From assembly GCA_937941715.1 (NCBI GenBank), contig CALDGX010000049.1, forward strand, positions 9,949-73,948: a stretch of 64,000 nucleotides of DNA, written 5' to 3'. Numbering within the stretch: the stretch's first letter is position 1; each line of letters begins with the position of its first letter. Below the pieces are notes generated by a model. The model was not told where the DNA came from, did not search any database, and saw only the letters and a program-made list of their open reading frames with translations. The translations under genes and the position numbers were made by a program. The stretch comes from an uncultured Chloracidobacterium sp. GTDB lineage: Bacteria; Acidobacteriota; Blastocatellia; Pyrinomonadales; Pyrinomonadaceae. This document shows positions 38,212 to 47,296 of this stretch, one piece after another.

Positions 38212-39051
38212 CTAAAAATAAAACCTGGCAAAGTAATATAGGATCGGTGCCCCAAATAACAGGCTGTCCAGCCGGTCGAGCAGTCCGCCATGGCCCGGAA
38301 GGATCGATGCCGCATCTTTTGTCTTCGAACCGCGTTTCATCGCGCTTTCGCAAAGATCGCCGAGCACACCGACTGCGGCCAATACCATTGCAAGCGGGAT
38401 CGACCATCGATACGGCAACGCCGAAAAGAACCAAAATGTAGAAAGAGCCGCGAAGGCAGCCGCCGACACGAGCCCCCCGACGAGGCCTTCGACCGTCTTT
38501 CCGGGTGAGATGCCCGGAGCCAGTTTGTGCTTGCCGAATGCCCGACCCGCAAAGTAGGCTCCCGCATCGGAACCAAATATCACGAGAAAGAAATATGCCA
38601 AAAGGTGCGTCGAGAGGTTTGGTAAATTGTCGAAACCAACTCGTACCGCAACCAAAAAACCGCCGAGAAAGGCAACGTAAAACACGCCGGCCAACGTCAC
38701 CCCGATGCCGGTGAGCATTTTGGGGAAATCGGCTTGGAACCGAAACATCTGCGAGATGAGAACAGCCGCTATTACCAATGCTATCGTCAGCAGCAAGATG
38801 TCCGGCATCCTAGCCGGTGCGTCGAATACAAATCCGACGAAAAGTGCCGCCGACCCGGCGTATCCGATCGCCGCATCTGCCTTCAGCTCGAGCTTCTTCG
38901 TCAGCGAATAAAATTCAAAAAGACCCGCCGCCAATGCAAACCCCGCGATCGCCACAAACAGCCATATCGCCTGTGCGAAATACACCGGCAGAATGATCGA
39001 CGCAATGATTATCGGCAGTGCTATCGCCGCCGTCAGCAGTCGGGTTTTCAT
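38212..39051 (-). CDS. cdsA: Phosphatidate cytidylyltransferase
   Basis: It carries the signature SAMKRGSKTKDAASILPGHGGLLDRLDS. ATG 39051 (MKTRLLTAAIALP) avoids overlap with uppS, and the track start at 39099 is GTG. Confidence 0.9.
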   Translation of the reverse strand: MKTRLLTAAIALPIIIASIILPVYFAQAIWLFVAIAGFALAAGLFEFYSLTKKLELKADAAIGYAGSAALFVGFVFDAPARMPDILLLTIALVIAAVLISQMFRFQADFPKMLTGIGVTLAGVFYVAFLGGFLVAVRVGFDNLPNLSTHLLAYFFLVIFGSDAGAYFAGRAFGKHKLAPGISPGKTVEGLVGGLVSAAAFAALSTFWFFSALPYRWSIPLAMVLAAVGVLGDLCESAMKRGSKTKDAASILPGHGGLLDRLDSLLFGAPILYYFARFYF

Positions 39052-39070
39052 AAGATACTCGCGGGTCTGT

Positions 39071-39844
39071 TCACTTGACGCCGCCAAATCGGCGGTCACG
39101 CCTTTGATAATCTATTATGGCTTCGAATATCTGCGGCCGTCTGAAATCCGGAAACAGCACCGGCGTAACATATATCTCGCTGTAAGCGATCTGCCACAAC
39201 AGAAAATTTGAGATCCGAAACTCTCCGCTTGTCCGGATCATCAGATCGACTTCGGGCAGGCCGTGCGTGTACAAATTGCGGTCAATGTCCGCTTCGCTCA
39301 AACTGTCTATCGGCCGCCCCTGTTCCAGGAGTTTGGCGGCGGCAAGGCGAGCCGCCCGAGCGATCTCGGCCCGGCCTCCGTAGTTGAGGGCAACGTTCAT
39401 CACCATTCCCGTATTTTCCAGCGTCTTTTCGGTTGCCGCAGCTAATTCGCGTTGAACGTCAGGGGCCAGACCTTCGATATTCCCGATCGTCTGAAAGCGG
39501 ATATTATTGCTATGGACCTGATCAAGCTCATGCCTCAGCACACGTTTGAGCATCGACATCAATCCCGCGACCTCTGATTTCGGCCGCTTCCAGTTTTCGG
39601 TCGAAAACGCATACAAAGTAACTGCTTTGACCTCCAAACGGGCACACGTGTCGATTATCGCCTTTACCGAGTCGGAACCTGCCCGATGGCCGAATATCCG
39701 CGGCTTGCCCCGACGCTTTGCCCAACGTCCGTTGCCGTCCATGATAATAGCGATGTGTGCAGGCATGCGTTCGGCATCGATCGCGTCCAGCAATTCGCTT
39801 TCAGCCGTATCGGGTTTTACGATGCCCGCAAAATTCTCTTTCAT
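39071..39844 (-). CDS. uppS: Isoprenyl transferase (undecaprenyl-diphosphate synthase family)
   Basis: Motifs are HIAIIMDGNGRWA, FSTENWKRP and IRTSGEFRISNFLLWQ. Confidence 0.92.
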   Translation of the reverse strand: MKENFAGIVKPDTAESELLDAIDAERMPAHIAIIMDGNGRWAKRRGKPRIFGHRAGSDSVKAIIDTCARLEVKAVTLYAFSTENWKRPKSEVAGLMSMLKRVLRHELDQVHSNNIRFQTIGNIEGLAPDVQRELAAATEKTLENTGMVMNVALNYGGRAEIARAARLAAAKLLEQGRPIDSLSEADIDRNLYTHGLPEVDLMIRTSGEFRISNFLLWQIAYSEIYVTPVLFPDFRRPQIFEAIIDYQRRDRRFGGVK

Positions 39845-39875
39845 TCCTTAATGATCGATGAGGTTCCCCTGACCT

Positions 39876-40172
39876 TCAAAATTCCCGCCTTTCGACCCTG
39901 ACCATCGCATTCCGGTTGATGGTTCCGTAGATATGCGGGTAGATCTCGCCGCCGGTCGAGGGTTCTTCGACCAGCTTTGTTCCCAACTGTTCCGTCTCAA
40001 GCTCGAGGATCACCAACTCCTCAGCACCGGCGTAATAACGCCCGATGACGTTGTCCAGCTGATGTTCGTAACTGCAATGGATAAAGCCCTCGTCCGCCAA
40101 ACTCGCGGCCGCGTACTCATCGCCGTCAAACGCATCCCAATCGACCGGCAATACGATGTGAAAAATTCGCAT
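39876..40172 (-). CDS. DUF952 domain protein
   Basis: It is 98 aa with the pattern IFHI....W......Y...SL..EGFIHCS....L..V..RYYAG...LV.LE......G.....E........PHIYG, typical of DUF952. Its ATG directly abuts the truA TAA. Confidence 0.8.
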   Translation of the reverse strand: MRIFHIVLPVDWDAFDGDEYAAASLADEGFIHCSYEHQLDNVIGRYYAGAEELVILELETEQLGTKLVEEPSTGGEIYPHIYGTINRNAMVRVERREF

Positions 40173-40925
40173 TTAATCGTAATCTACGCGCATCAGCGTC
40201 AATCCGTGCGCCGGTGCGGTTTTGCCCGCAAGCTCTCTGTGTCCCGTGATTATTGCTGTCTGAATTGTATCAGAATCCTTAACGCCATGCCCGACCTCGA
40301 GCATGGTGCCGACGATCGAACGGACCATATACCGCAGAAAACCCGGGGCCGTGATCCGAAACACGATGAGCGACGCCTGCGCACGTTCGTCCCACGTTGA
40401 TTCGACGGTAAAATCGACCACTGTCCTCACGCGATTTTCACCATCCGCCTGAGCTGATGAGAATGCGGTCCAATCGTGTTCGCCGAGAAATAAACGGGCG
40501 ACCTCGTTCATCCGACCGACATCGAGCGGCCGGACCTCATGGTGAGCATACCGCCGCCAGAATGGCGAGATCACCGGAGCGTTGACGACCCGATATACAT
40601 AGGTCTTCATTTTTGCCGAAAATCGGGCGTGAAATTCGTCCGGGGCGACCTCTGCCTTCATAATACGAATGTCGCGCCAGAGATTGCCGTTGATGGCGTT
40701 CTTGAGCTTTTCCGGAGTAAATCCGCGGTTCATGCGCAGATTTGCGACCTGTCCTTCGGCGTGAACGCCCGCATCGGTACGGCCCGAGCCGATGACCTTT
40801 ACCTCGGCGTCCTCAAGCATACTTGTTACGCGCTCGAGTTCGCCTTGTATCGATCGTGCGTTTTCCTGCACCTGCCATCCGTGAAAGTCGGTGCCGTCGT
40901 ATTGGATCAGGAGCTTATAGTTCAT
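40173..40925 (-). CDS. truA: tRNA pseudouridine(38-40) synthase
   Basis: It contains YDGTDFHGWQ and GSGRTDAGVHA (catalytic Asp). Its length is 250 aa. Confidence 0.93.
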   Translation of the reverse strand: MNYKLLIQYDGTDFHGWQVQENARSIQGELERVTSMLEDAEVKVIGSGRTDAGVHAEGQVANLRMNRGFTPEKLKNAINGNLWRDIRIMKAEVAPDEFHARFSAKMKTYVYRVVNAPVISPFWRRYAHHEVRPLDVGRMNEVARLFLGEHDWTAFSSAQADGENRVRTVVDFTVESTWDERAQASLIVFRITAPGFLRYMVRSIVGTMLEVGHGVKDSDTIQTAIITGHRELAGKTAPAHGLTLMRVDYD

Positions 40926-41389
40926 CGCTTGTACAACATTTCAAACCGTTCGCAGCAGATCAGGGACCGTTCGCCGAACTCTATCCCCAATTCGGCCGCC
41001 TCGCGCGAAAAGTAATTACTATGTACTTCCCGCCAATATTCCAACGAACGGTCGCCTTCGCCCTCGTCAAATGCAAACTGCGCATCGACCTCACAAAACG
41101 GAACATGTCGGATCTCGCTCGTGCGGATCACACATTTCGGATGACCCGGATGATCGGTCACCACGCTATAACCGCCGGGTTGCGGAGCCTCGTCCGGCAA
41201 CCGTTCGTTGACGGCAACAAGGCTTGCCGTGGCCCGTTTGCGGCCGTCGATCACCAATTGGGCGAGTTCCTCGGCCATCTCGGCGGTATTTCCGAAATAC
41301 CACGTTTGATACGGCTTATCGAAAGGCGTTCCGCTAGCCGCACAAAACTCTTCCCAAAACCGCGCCGCTTCCTTGTTCAGTTCCTTCAT
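40922..41389 (-). CDS. ASCH domain protein (YhfF/COG4405-like, PUA-like fold)
   Basis: Motifs are WYFGNTAEMAEELAQLVIDGRKRATAS and FDEGEGDRSLEYWREVH. ATG 41389 forms an ATGA overlap with the upstream stop. ATG 41407 is the alternative start. Confidence 0.75.
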   Translation of the reverse strand: MKELNKEAARFWEEFCAASGTPFDKPYQTWYFGNTAEMAEELAQLVIDGRKRATASLVAVNERLPDEAPQPGGYSVVTDHPGHPKCVIRTSEIRHVPFCEVDAQFAFDEGEGDRSLEYWREVHSNYFSREAAELGIEFGERSLICCERFEMLYKR

Positions 41390-42249
41390 CGGCCGGTTGC
41401 CATCCATTTGTCGATCGTCGCGGCGAATCTCGCCGGGGCTCCGGGATCCATTCGCAAATACAACGCGGGTTCGATCAGCTCTAATTCCATCAGGACAAAT
41501 CTGCCGTCCGCGTCGAGCACCAGATCGACCCGCGCATATAACAGTTTGCGGCCGATCGCCGAGATCGCCTTATCGGCGGCGCCAAGGATCTCCGCACTTG
41601 GTTCAATACCATTGATGATCCCGCCATGTTCCTCCTGGACCCGGAAATCATCCGCTTTTGGCGACTTGAGGATCGTATGGCTATATTCTCCGCCGAAATA
41701 GAATACCGAATACTCGCCTGTCTCAACTATCGATGAAAGAAATGGCTGAACCATAAACGGCCGGCCGGTAAAAACGCCCTCAAGTTCCGGGTCATATTCC
41801 GTGATGCGATATGTGTGCATCGCCGTCGCGCTGACGGTCGGTTTGATGATCAGTTCGTCGGAACAGAGGTCGGCGGTCCAACGATAGAACGAACGCATGT
41901 CATAACTTCCGTCCCATATCGTTGGAACGACCGGCACACCGCGAGCTTCCATTTCGCGAAGATACCGCTTATCGAGATTCCACTTGACTATTTCGAGCGG
42001 ATTCTCGAGCCTGGCCCGGGAATGGTCGATCACATCCAGTATCTTGAGGAACTCGTCCGGGCGTTGTTGATAATCCCAGGTCGTCCTAAGCACCGCGAGT
42101 TCGAATTCGTCCCAATCCGCTGTCGGGTCGCTCCAGGAAACGGTCGAAACCTCCCAACCAAACTCTGACAGTGGCCCCATCGCAAGATCATCGTCGGCGA
42201 CATAGTGGGCCATGTCGTCCATCGACAAAAAGCAGCACTTTCGACTCAT
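41386..42249 (-). CDS. ATP-grasp fold protein of unknown specificity
   Basis: It contains NLDKRYLREMEARGVPVVPT, LIIKPTVSATA, FMVQPF, and YARVDLVLDADGRFVLMELELIEP (the Mg/ATP-binding E-x-E/N region). ATG 42249 forms an ATGA overlap with the pyrE stop. Confidence 0.65.
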   Translation of the reverse strand: MSRKCCFLSMDDMAHYVADDDLAMGPLSEFGWEVSTVSWSDPTADWDEFELAVLRTTWDYQQRPDEFLKILDVIDHSRARLENPLEIVKWNLDKRYLREMEARGVPVVPTIWDGSYDMRSFYRWTADLCSDELIIKPTVSATAMHTYRITEYDPELEGVFTGRPFMVQPFLSSIVETGEYSVFYFGGEYSHTILKSPKADDFRVQEEHGGIINGIEPSAEILGAADKAISAIGRKLLYARVDLVLDADGRFVLMELELIEPALYLRMDPGAPARFAATIDKWMATGR

Positions 42250-42821
42250 TTGGATGCCACCGTCCTGCTCCCGGGTTTCACCGCCTCGATGCCGAGTGCG
42301 CACATTGGACATACATCGGCTGAATAGCTCGGCACGTCTAATCTTACAAGTTCGGCACGCGGGACTCCGACATCCGCCAAACCGTTTGACCGGTCGATTA
42401 TCGACGCGGCCGCGACGACCTTACCGCCATTTGATTCAAGTGCCGCGATGCACTCGCGAGTCGAGCCGCCGGTCGTTATCACGTCTTCGACGACCAATAT
42501 ACGTTCTCCGGGCTTTATCGAAAAGCCCCTACGGACCGTCATTTCGCCGGCCTGCCGCTCGGTCCAAATAAACCTTACGTTCAAGGCGGCCGCAGTCGCA
42601 AAGCCAATGATCAAGCCGCCGATCGCCGGCGACGCGACCGTGTCGATGCCGTCATCCACGTACCTCTCGGCGATCAGATGTCCGAATCGGGCCGCATCCG
42701 GCGGATATTGCAGGGCCAGAGCACACTGCAGGTACTTCGGGCTGTGCAGCCCGCTGGACAAAATAAAATGCCCTTCGAGCAGAGCATCCGTGTTTGAAAA
42801 GTGTTCGAGGATCTCGGTCAT
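42246..42821 (-). CDS. pyrE: Orotate phosphoribosyltransferase
   Basis: It has the PRPP-binding loop ILVVEDVITTGGS and the N-terminal segment GHFILSSGLHSPKYLQC. Confidence 0.92.
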   Translation of the reverse strand: MTEILEHFSNTDALLEGHFILSSGLHSPKYLQCALALQYPPDAARFGHLIAERYVDDGIDTVASPAIGGLIIGFATAAALNVRFIWTERQAGEMTVRRGFSIKPGERILVVEDVITTGGSTRECIAALESNGGKVVAAASIIDRSNGLADVGVPRAELVRLDVPSYSADVCPMCALGIEAVKPGSRTVASK

Positions 42822-42871
42822 TATTCGTTTGGTTTTACGCTCGGCTGATTAACGGCTAAAATCAAGTATAG

Positions 42872-43699
42872 ATGACACCGTATCCTAACTTAATTTCCGA
42901 GTCATTGCTAATAAGCGAAACCGTCTCGCTGCTGCGTTCCTTCGGCGGCCGGGCTTCGGCTGTTAGCGTGGTCGATTTTGTGATGCGGATCAGAAAGCCC
43001 AACCCAAACCTTGCAAAAATGTTGGTCGCCGACCTAATTGAGCGAGACCCGAGGCTTTCGCTAAACGGTGACATGGTTGAACTTGAACTCGACGGTTACG
43101 AAAACCGCGAGATCGCATCGACGGACTTTGTCGTGTTTGACCTTGAGACGACCGGAGCCAAGGCTCCGCCCTGCCGTATCACCGAGATCGGGGCTTATCG
43201 CGTCCGCGATGGACAAGTGACCGAAGAGTTCCAAACGCTCGTCAACCCTGAGTCACCGATCCCTCCGTTCATCACCGGGTTGACCGGGATCAGTGACGAA
43301 ATGGTCAAGGACGCTCCTGTATTTGCCGATGTAGTTCACGATCTCTTGGGCTTTATCGGCGATTCTGTGCTTGTTGCCCATAATTCTGCATTTGATATGC
43401 GATTTCTCAATTACGAGATCGGCTTGATATTTCAGGATTATCGTATTGCCAACCCTTGCCTTTGCACCGTGCAGCTATCGCGAAAACTGCTTCCGGACAT
43501 CGTTAATCACAAGCTAAAAACGGTCGCCGAGCACTATTCGATCGATCTGGTCAATCACCATCGGGCAAGCGCCGATGCGTACGCAACGGCCCATATCTTT
43601 GTAAATCTTCTGACCCGTCTCAATGACGACGGGGTCAGGGACCTGGCGGCAGTCCGGGACCTCAGCAATAGAAAAAGTAAATATGCTAGACCAACGTGA
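42872..43699 (+). CDS. DnaQ-like 3'-5' exonuclease with about 90-aa N-terminal extension
   Basis: Motifs are [10 protein letters not shown] (ExoI), [12 protein letters not shown] (ExoII) and [15 protein letters not shown] (ExoIII epsilon type). Confidence 0.8.
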   Translation: MTPYPNLISESLLISETVSLLRSFGGRASAVSVVDFVMRIRKPNPNLAKMLVADLIERDPRLSLNGDMVELELDGYENREIASTDFVVFDLETTGAKAPPCRITEIGAYRVRDGQVTEEFQTLVNPESPIPPFITGLTGISDEMVKDAPVFADVVHDLLGFIGDSVLVAHNSAFDMRFLNYEIGLIFQDYRIANPCLCTVQLSRKLLPDIVNHKLKTVAEHYSIDLVNHHRASADAYATAHIFVNLLTRLNDDGVRDLAAVRDLSNRKSKYARPT

Positions 43700-44105
43700 T
43701 CCCGAGGGGATAAATAACCAGGGCCTCGACATCAGGCCGACACCGCGTGCCGAGATGGACCTTTTTCCGCTCGACAGTTTTCCCTATGAATTTCCGGGCC
43801 GGGAGATCTGGATCGAATTCGATATTCCCGAATTTACCGCAATTTGTCCATTCTCGGACTTTCCCGATTTTGGCGTGATCCGGCTCAAGTACGTCCCGAA
43901 TAAGCTGTGTGTCGAGCTCAAGAGCCTCAAACTGTATATCAACTCGTTTCGAAGCGTCAAGATCTTTCACGAACACGTGGTGAACCTGATACTCGAGGAT
44001 TTTATTGCGGCATGTGACCCGCTGCGCGTCGAGATCGAAGGCGATTATAACGTGCGCGGCAATATCAAGACCGTCGTCCGCGCAAGCTATACGAGGCCTG
44101 CCTAG
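43683..44105 (+). CDS. queF: NADPH-dependent 7-cyano-7-deazaguanine reductase (type I QueF)
   Basis: It has [15 protein letters not shown] (catalytic Cys) and the QueF motif [11 protein letters not shown] 43683 gives about 140 aa. Confidence 0.88.
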   Translation: MLDQRDPEGINNQGLDIRPTPRAEMDLFPLDSFPYEFPGREIWIEFDIPEFTAICPFSDFPDFGVIRLKYVPNKLCVELKSLKLYINSFRSVKIFHEHVVNLILEDFIAACDPLRVEIEGDYNVRGNIKTVVRASYTRPA

Positions 44106-44635
44106 TGTTCGGCCGCTGCCCGGTCGAGCCGCATATGGCGCGTACAGGCGCTTTCCACCCGATCGTCGACATCCGAACGCACTTTTTCTTCGTCGGCGAG
44201 ATTTGCGTTTGTGATCTCTGACACGATCAGAAACTTGGCCTTTTCGAGTAATGTCTGCTCGCGAAAGGATAGCCGCTTTTCATGGCTGAGATAGGTGAGC
44301 TGTTTGAGCACGTCGGCAGTCGCAAAGATATCGCCCGACTGGAGTTTGTCCATAAACGCCCGCGAGCGCGTTTTCCAGTTGCACGTCACTTCTTCAAAAT
44401 CCTCGGACAAACGCTTGATCAACCGGCGGCACTCGTTGGACGAGATAATAGGTCGAAGGCCCACACTTCGCGCATTTGCGGTCGGCACACAGATCGTCGA
44501 ATTGTCGCCGACCACGCGTAAAAGGTACACGCTCACCGGGTGGTTTCCGATCTCGCGCGTATTGATCGACTCGACCACGCAAACCCCCTGACCGGGGTAG
44601 GCCACTTTCTGGCCGATTTCGAGTTCCATGGCCAA
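44102..44635 (-). CDS. carD: CarD/CdnL-family RNA-polymerase-binding transcription regulator
   Basis: It has an N-terminal Tudor-like segment ([18 protein letters not shown]) and [17 protein letters not shown]. Confidence 0.85.
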   Translation of the reverse strand: MAMELEIGQKVAYPGQGVCVVESINTREIGNHPVSVYLLRVVGDNSTICVPTANARSVGLRPIISSNECRRLIKRLSEDFEEVTCNWKTRSRAFMDKLQSGDIFATADVLKQLTYLSHEKRLSFREQTLLEKAKFLIVSEITNANLADEEKVRSDVDDRVESACTRHMRLDRAAAEH

Positions 44636-44781
44636 TTTCTCCCTGGATTGAAGGGTGAGAAGCCGTCGCGAAAGTGAGGCCTAAGCAAAGCCGTGCCTTC
44701 TGCGATAATTAACATTCAATATAAGGCCAGTATAGCACGTTCAGCCGAGGTTGTGAACAGATTTTTTTGGCCCGACAGTCG

Positions 44782-45840
44782 CTAGTTAGCCGGCAACTCG
44801 ATACTGAACGTCGTGCCTTCGCTGAGGGTCGATGCCACCGAAACCTCGCCGCCCTGGAGTCGGCCGAGGTGCTTGACGATCGCAAGCCCGAGCCCGGTTC
44901 CGCCGATCTCGCGCGAACGGGCACGGTCAACCCGATAAAACCGTTCAAAAATGCGGCCAAGGTGTTCGGGCAGAATGCCCTCGCCGGTATCTTTGACCCT
45001 GATAATGTAAACGCTGCCGGCGCGTTCGAAAGACGTTGTCACCGTCCCGCCGCGTCGGTTGAACTTGATCGCGTTGTCGATCAGGTTGATGAGCATTTGT
45101 TCGAGCCTTACGCTGTCGGCCGGTACGAGCGCATCTTGCGGGATCAGATTTACGAGTTCCACGCCAAATTCATTGGCCTTGGCGGTCAGGTTGGTATAGA
45201 TCTCAGCGGTCATTTCGCCAACACGGACAGGCCGCTTTTCGATCGTCACCTTGCCCGATTCGATCATCGACAATTCGAGAATGTCGGCGATCAGGCTGTT
45301 CATCCGTTCGGCATTACGACGAATGACGCCCAGAAAACGCCGGCTGTTCTCAACATCGTCCAGAGCGCCGTCTTCGAGCGTCTCAACAAACGCCAGGATC
45401 GATGTCAGCGGCGTTCGAAGCTCATGTGAAATGTTAGACAAAAATTCCTGGCGGACGGATTCGAGACGCTCGATCTGAGTTTTGTCGTAGAAAAACCCGA
45501 TCGCCTGCGTGCGCCCGTCGATCTCGAGCGGGGCGATGTGGACGTCAAACGTTCGACGTTCTGCTCCGATCAATTCGAGGCGGACGTCTGACGAGAAACG
45601 TTCGCCGATAGCTCGTCGATACGCCTCGTGGACATCGAGGTCGCGAATCACTTCGCTCAAGCGGCGTTGTTCAAGTTCGATGCCGGGCCGGCCGAAGACC
45701 ATTGCCGCCGAGGCGTTACAACTGGCGATCCGCAGGTCGCTGTCGACGATCAGAACGCACTCGCGTGTCGTGTCGATAAGTCTCTGGAGTATTTCTGACG
45801 ATCCCGCCGAGACGGCCGCCGCCACAGTAACTTCGCTCAT
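44782..45840 (-). CDS. Cytoplasmic PAS-domain sensor histidine kinase (PhoR-like core)
   Basis: It has no TM segment. A PAS-like N-terminus is followed by the H-box SHELRTPLTSI, the N-box DNAIKF and the G-boxes DTGEGI and GGTGLGLAIV. An ATGA overlap joins it to the upstream response-regulator gene. Confidence 0.88.
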   Translation of the reverse strand: MSEVTVAAAVSAGSSEILQRLIDTTRECVLIVDSDLRIASCNASAAMVFGRPGIELEQRRLSEVIRDLDVHEAYRRAIGERFSSDVRLELIGAERRTFDVHIAPLEIDGRTQAIGFFYDKTQIERLESVRQEFLSNISHELRTPLTSILAFVETLEDGALDDVENSRRFLGVIRRNAERMNSLIADILELSMIESGKVTIEKRPVRVGEMTAEIYTNLTAKANEFGVELVNLIPQDALVPADSVRLEQMLINLIDNAIKFNRRGGTVTTSFERAGSVYIIRVKDTGEGILPEHLGRIFERFYRVDRARSREIGGTGLGLAIVKHLGRLQGGEVSVASTLSEGTTFSIELPAN

Positions 45841-46520
45841 TTACTTCCAACAAAACGATAGCCTATGCCCACAACCGTTTCAACGCAGCCGCTGCACTCG
45901 CCGAGCTTTTGGCGAAGCCGGCGAATATGCACATCCAGCGTTCGCGTGTCACCGAAATAACTATATCCCCAGACGTTATCGAGCAGCTGCTGACGGGCGG
46001 CGACGCGTCCCGTATTCTTGATCAGATGCTCGAGCAAGGCAAACTCCTTGCGGGTAAGCTTGATGTCCTTGCCTGCGCAAGTGACACGCATATCAGCAAA
46101 ATCCACCGTGAGATTTTCGTCCGAATATTTCGTTGCCGATTCCTTTGCTGCACGCCTGAGTACGGCCCTGACGCGTGCAATCACCTCTTTTATGGAAAAA
46201 GGCTTGACGATATAGTCATCGGCGCCGATATCGAGCCCCGCGATCTTGTCGCCCTCGGCAGCCTTTGCCGTGAGCATTATTATCGGGGTCTTTTCCGTCA
46301 AAGATTCGCGGCGCAATCGGCGGCATAGTTCCATTCCGGTCATTCCGGGCAGCATCAGGTCGAGAATTATCAGCGACGGCGTGTGCTTTTCGTCGATCGC
46401 CAGCCGCAGCCCCTTTTCGCCCGACTCGGCAATTACGGGTCGAAAGCCCTCGCGCCGCAGGTTGTATTCCAGACTTTCGGCAATGTCGGCGTCATCTTCG
46501 ACGATCAGAATGGTTTGCAT
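45837..46520 (-). CDS. OmpR/PhoB-family response regulator
   Basis: The receiver domain contains ILIVEDD and DLMLPGMTG. The winged-helix output domain contains LTRKEFALLEHL and VETVVGIGYRF. Confidence 0.92.
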   Translation of the reverse strand: MQTILIVEDDADIAESLEYNLRREGFRPVIAESGEKGLRLAIDEKHTPSLIILDLMLPGMTGMELCRRLRRESLTEKTPIIMLTAKAAEGDKIAGLDIGADDYIVKPFSIKEVIARVRAVLRRAAKESATKYSDENLTVDFADMRVTCAGKDIKLTRKEFALLEHLIKNTGRVAARQQLLDNVWGYSYFGDTRTLDVHIRRLRQKLGECSGCVETVVGIGYRFVGSK

Positions 46521-46646
46521 CTTGTTAGTAGATTCTATTCGATTTTCGGGCTGTCGGCGCTATCGTATGCTCCCAACCTTAATAGCGTATGAACGGAATG
46601 TTACGAAGATGTTAAATGTTGCGGCAGATGCGGGCCGCCGCCGCGT

Positions 46647-47141
46647 TCAACCATCCATCAACTGCCTCGGACGTAACACGCATGCGAGCCGGCTCGTACC
46701 GATACCGATGTCGGACCATTTTTCGTTGTTCAGTTCGATGATGGCGATCGCGGCGGTCGGCATCGGCTCGACGACGCTGGTCAGATAATAGATCAGGCCT
46801 TCCATACCGGGGTTGTGACCGATCAGCATTGCCGAGTCATAACGGTCGTCCAACGCCGATATGATCTCAACGAGCCGGCCGGCCGGAGCCTCGTAAATGC
46901 CAATATCTGTCGCGGCAACGCCGTCAAAACCGGCGGCCGCACAAAACAACTCTTGGGTCTGACGCGCGCGTTCGGCAGTCGAACAAACGATGATCTCAGG
47001 CAGGAGACTGCGTTCGCGCGCAAGGCTGCCCATAAATACGGCGGCTCTGATGCCGCGATCGTTCAACGGCCGGTCAAAGTCGGCGATGCCGGCATTTTCC
47101 CAACTCGATTTTGCGTGACGCATCAGATACAGCGTTTTCAT
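46647..47141 (-). CDS. sixA: Histidine phosphatase family protein (SixA-like phosphohistidine phosphatase)
   Basis: It contains LMRHAKSSWE (RHA/G motif) and IGHNPGME. Its length is 164 aa. Confidence 0.8.
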   Translation of the reverse strand: MKTLYLMRHAKSSWENAGIADFDRPLNDRGIRAAVFMGSLARERSLLPEIIVCSTAERARQTQELFCAAAGFDGVAATDIGIYEAPAGRLVEIISALDDRYDSAMLIGHNPGMEGLIYYLTSVVEPMPTAAIAIIELNNEKWSDIGIGTSRLACVLRPRQLMDG

Positions 47142-47296
47142 CGTTGCGATGATTTTAGACCAACGCGGCGAATATCACCACCAAATTCTAAACGGTTCGA
47201 CTGACCGAGGATCAGGTAAATTCGGCACTTGGTTGTGGGGTATCGACCGTTCATTGAGTTAGAATTGTGCCTATCTGCCGCAGGAAATAGCATCGA

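Noticed and set aside
40823-41701. A 292-aa plus-strand ORF spanning the truA, ASCH and ATP-grasp genes.
   Set aside because: It crosses three well-supported minus-strand genes and its translation is Arg/Ser/Pro-rich, so it is a shadow ORF.
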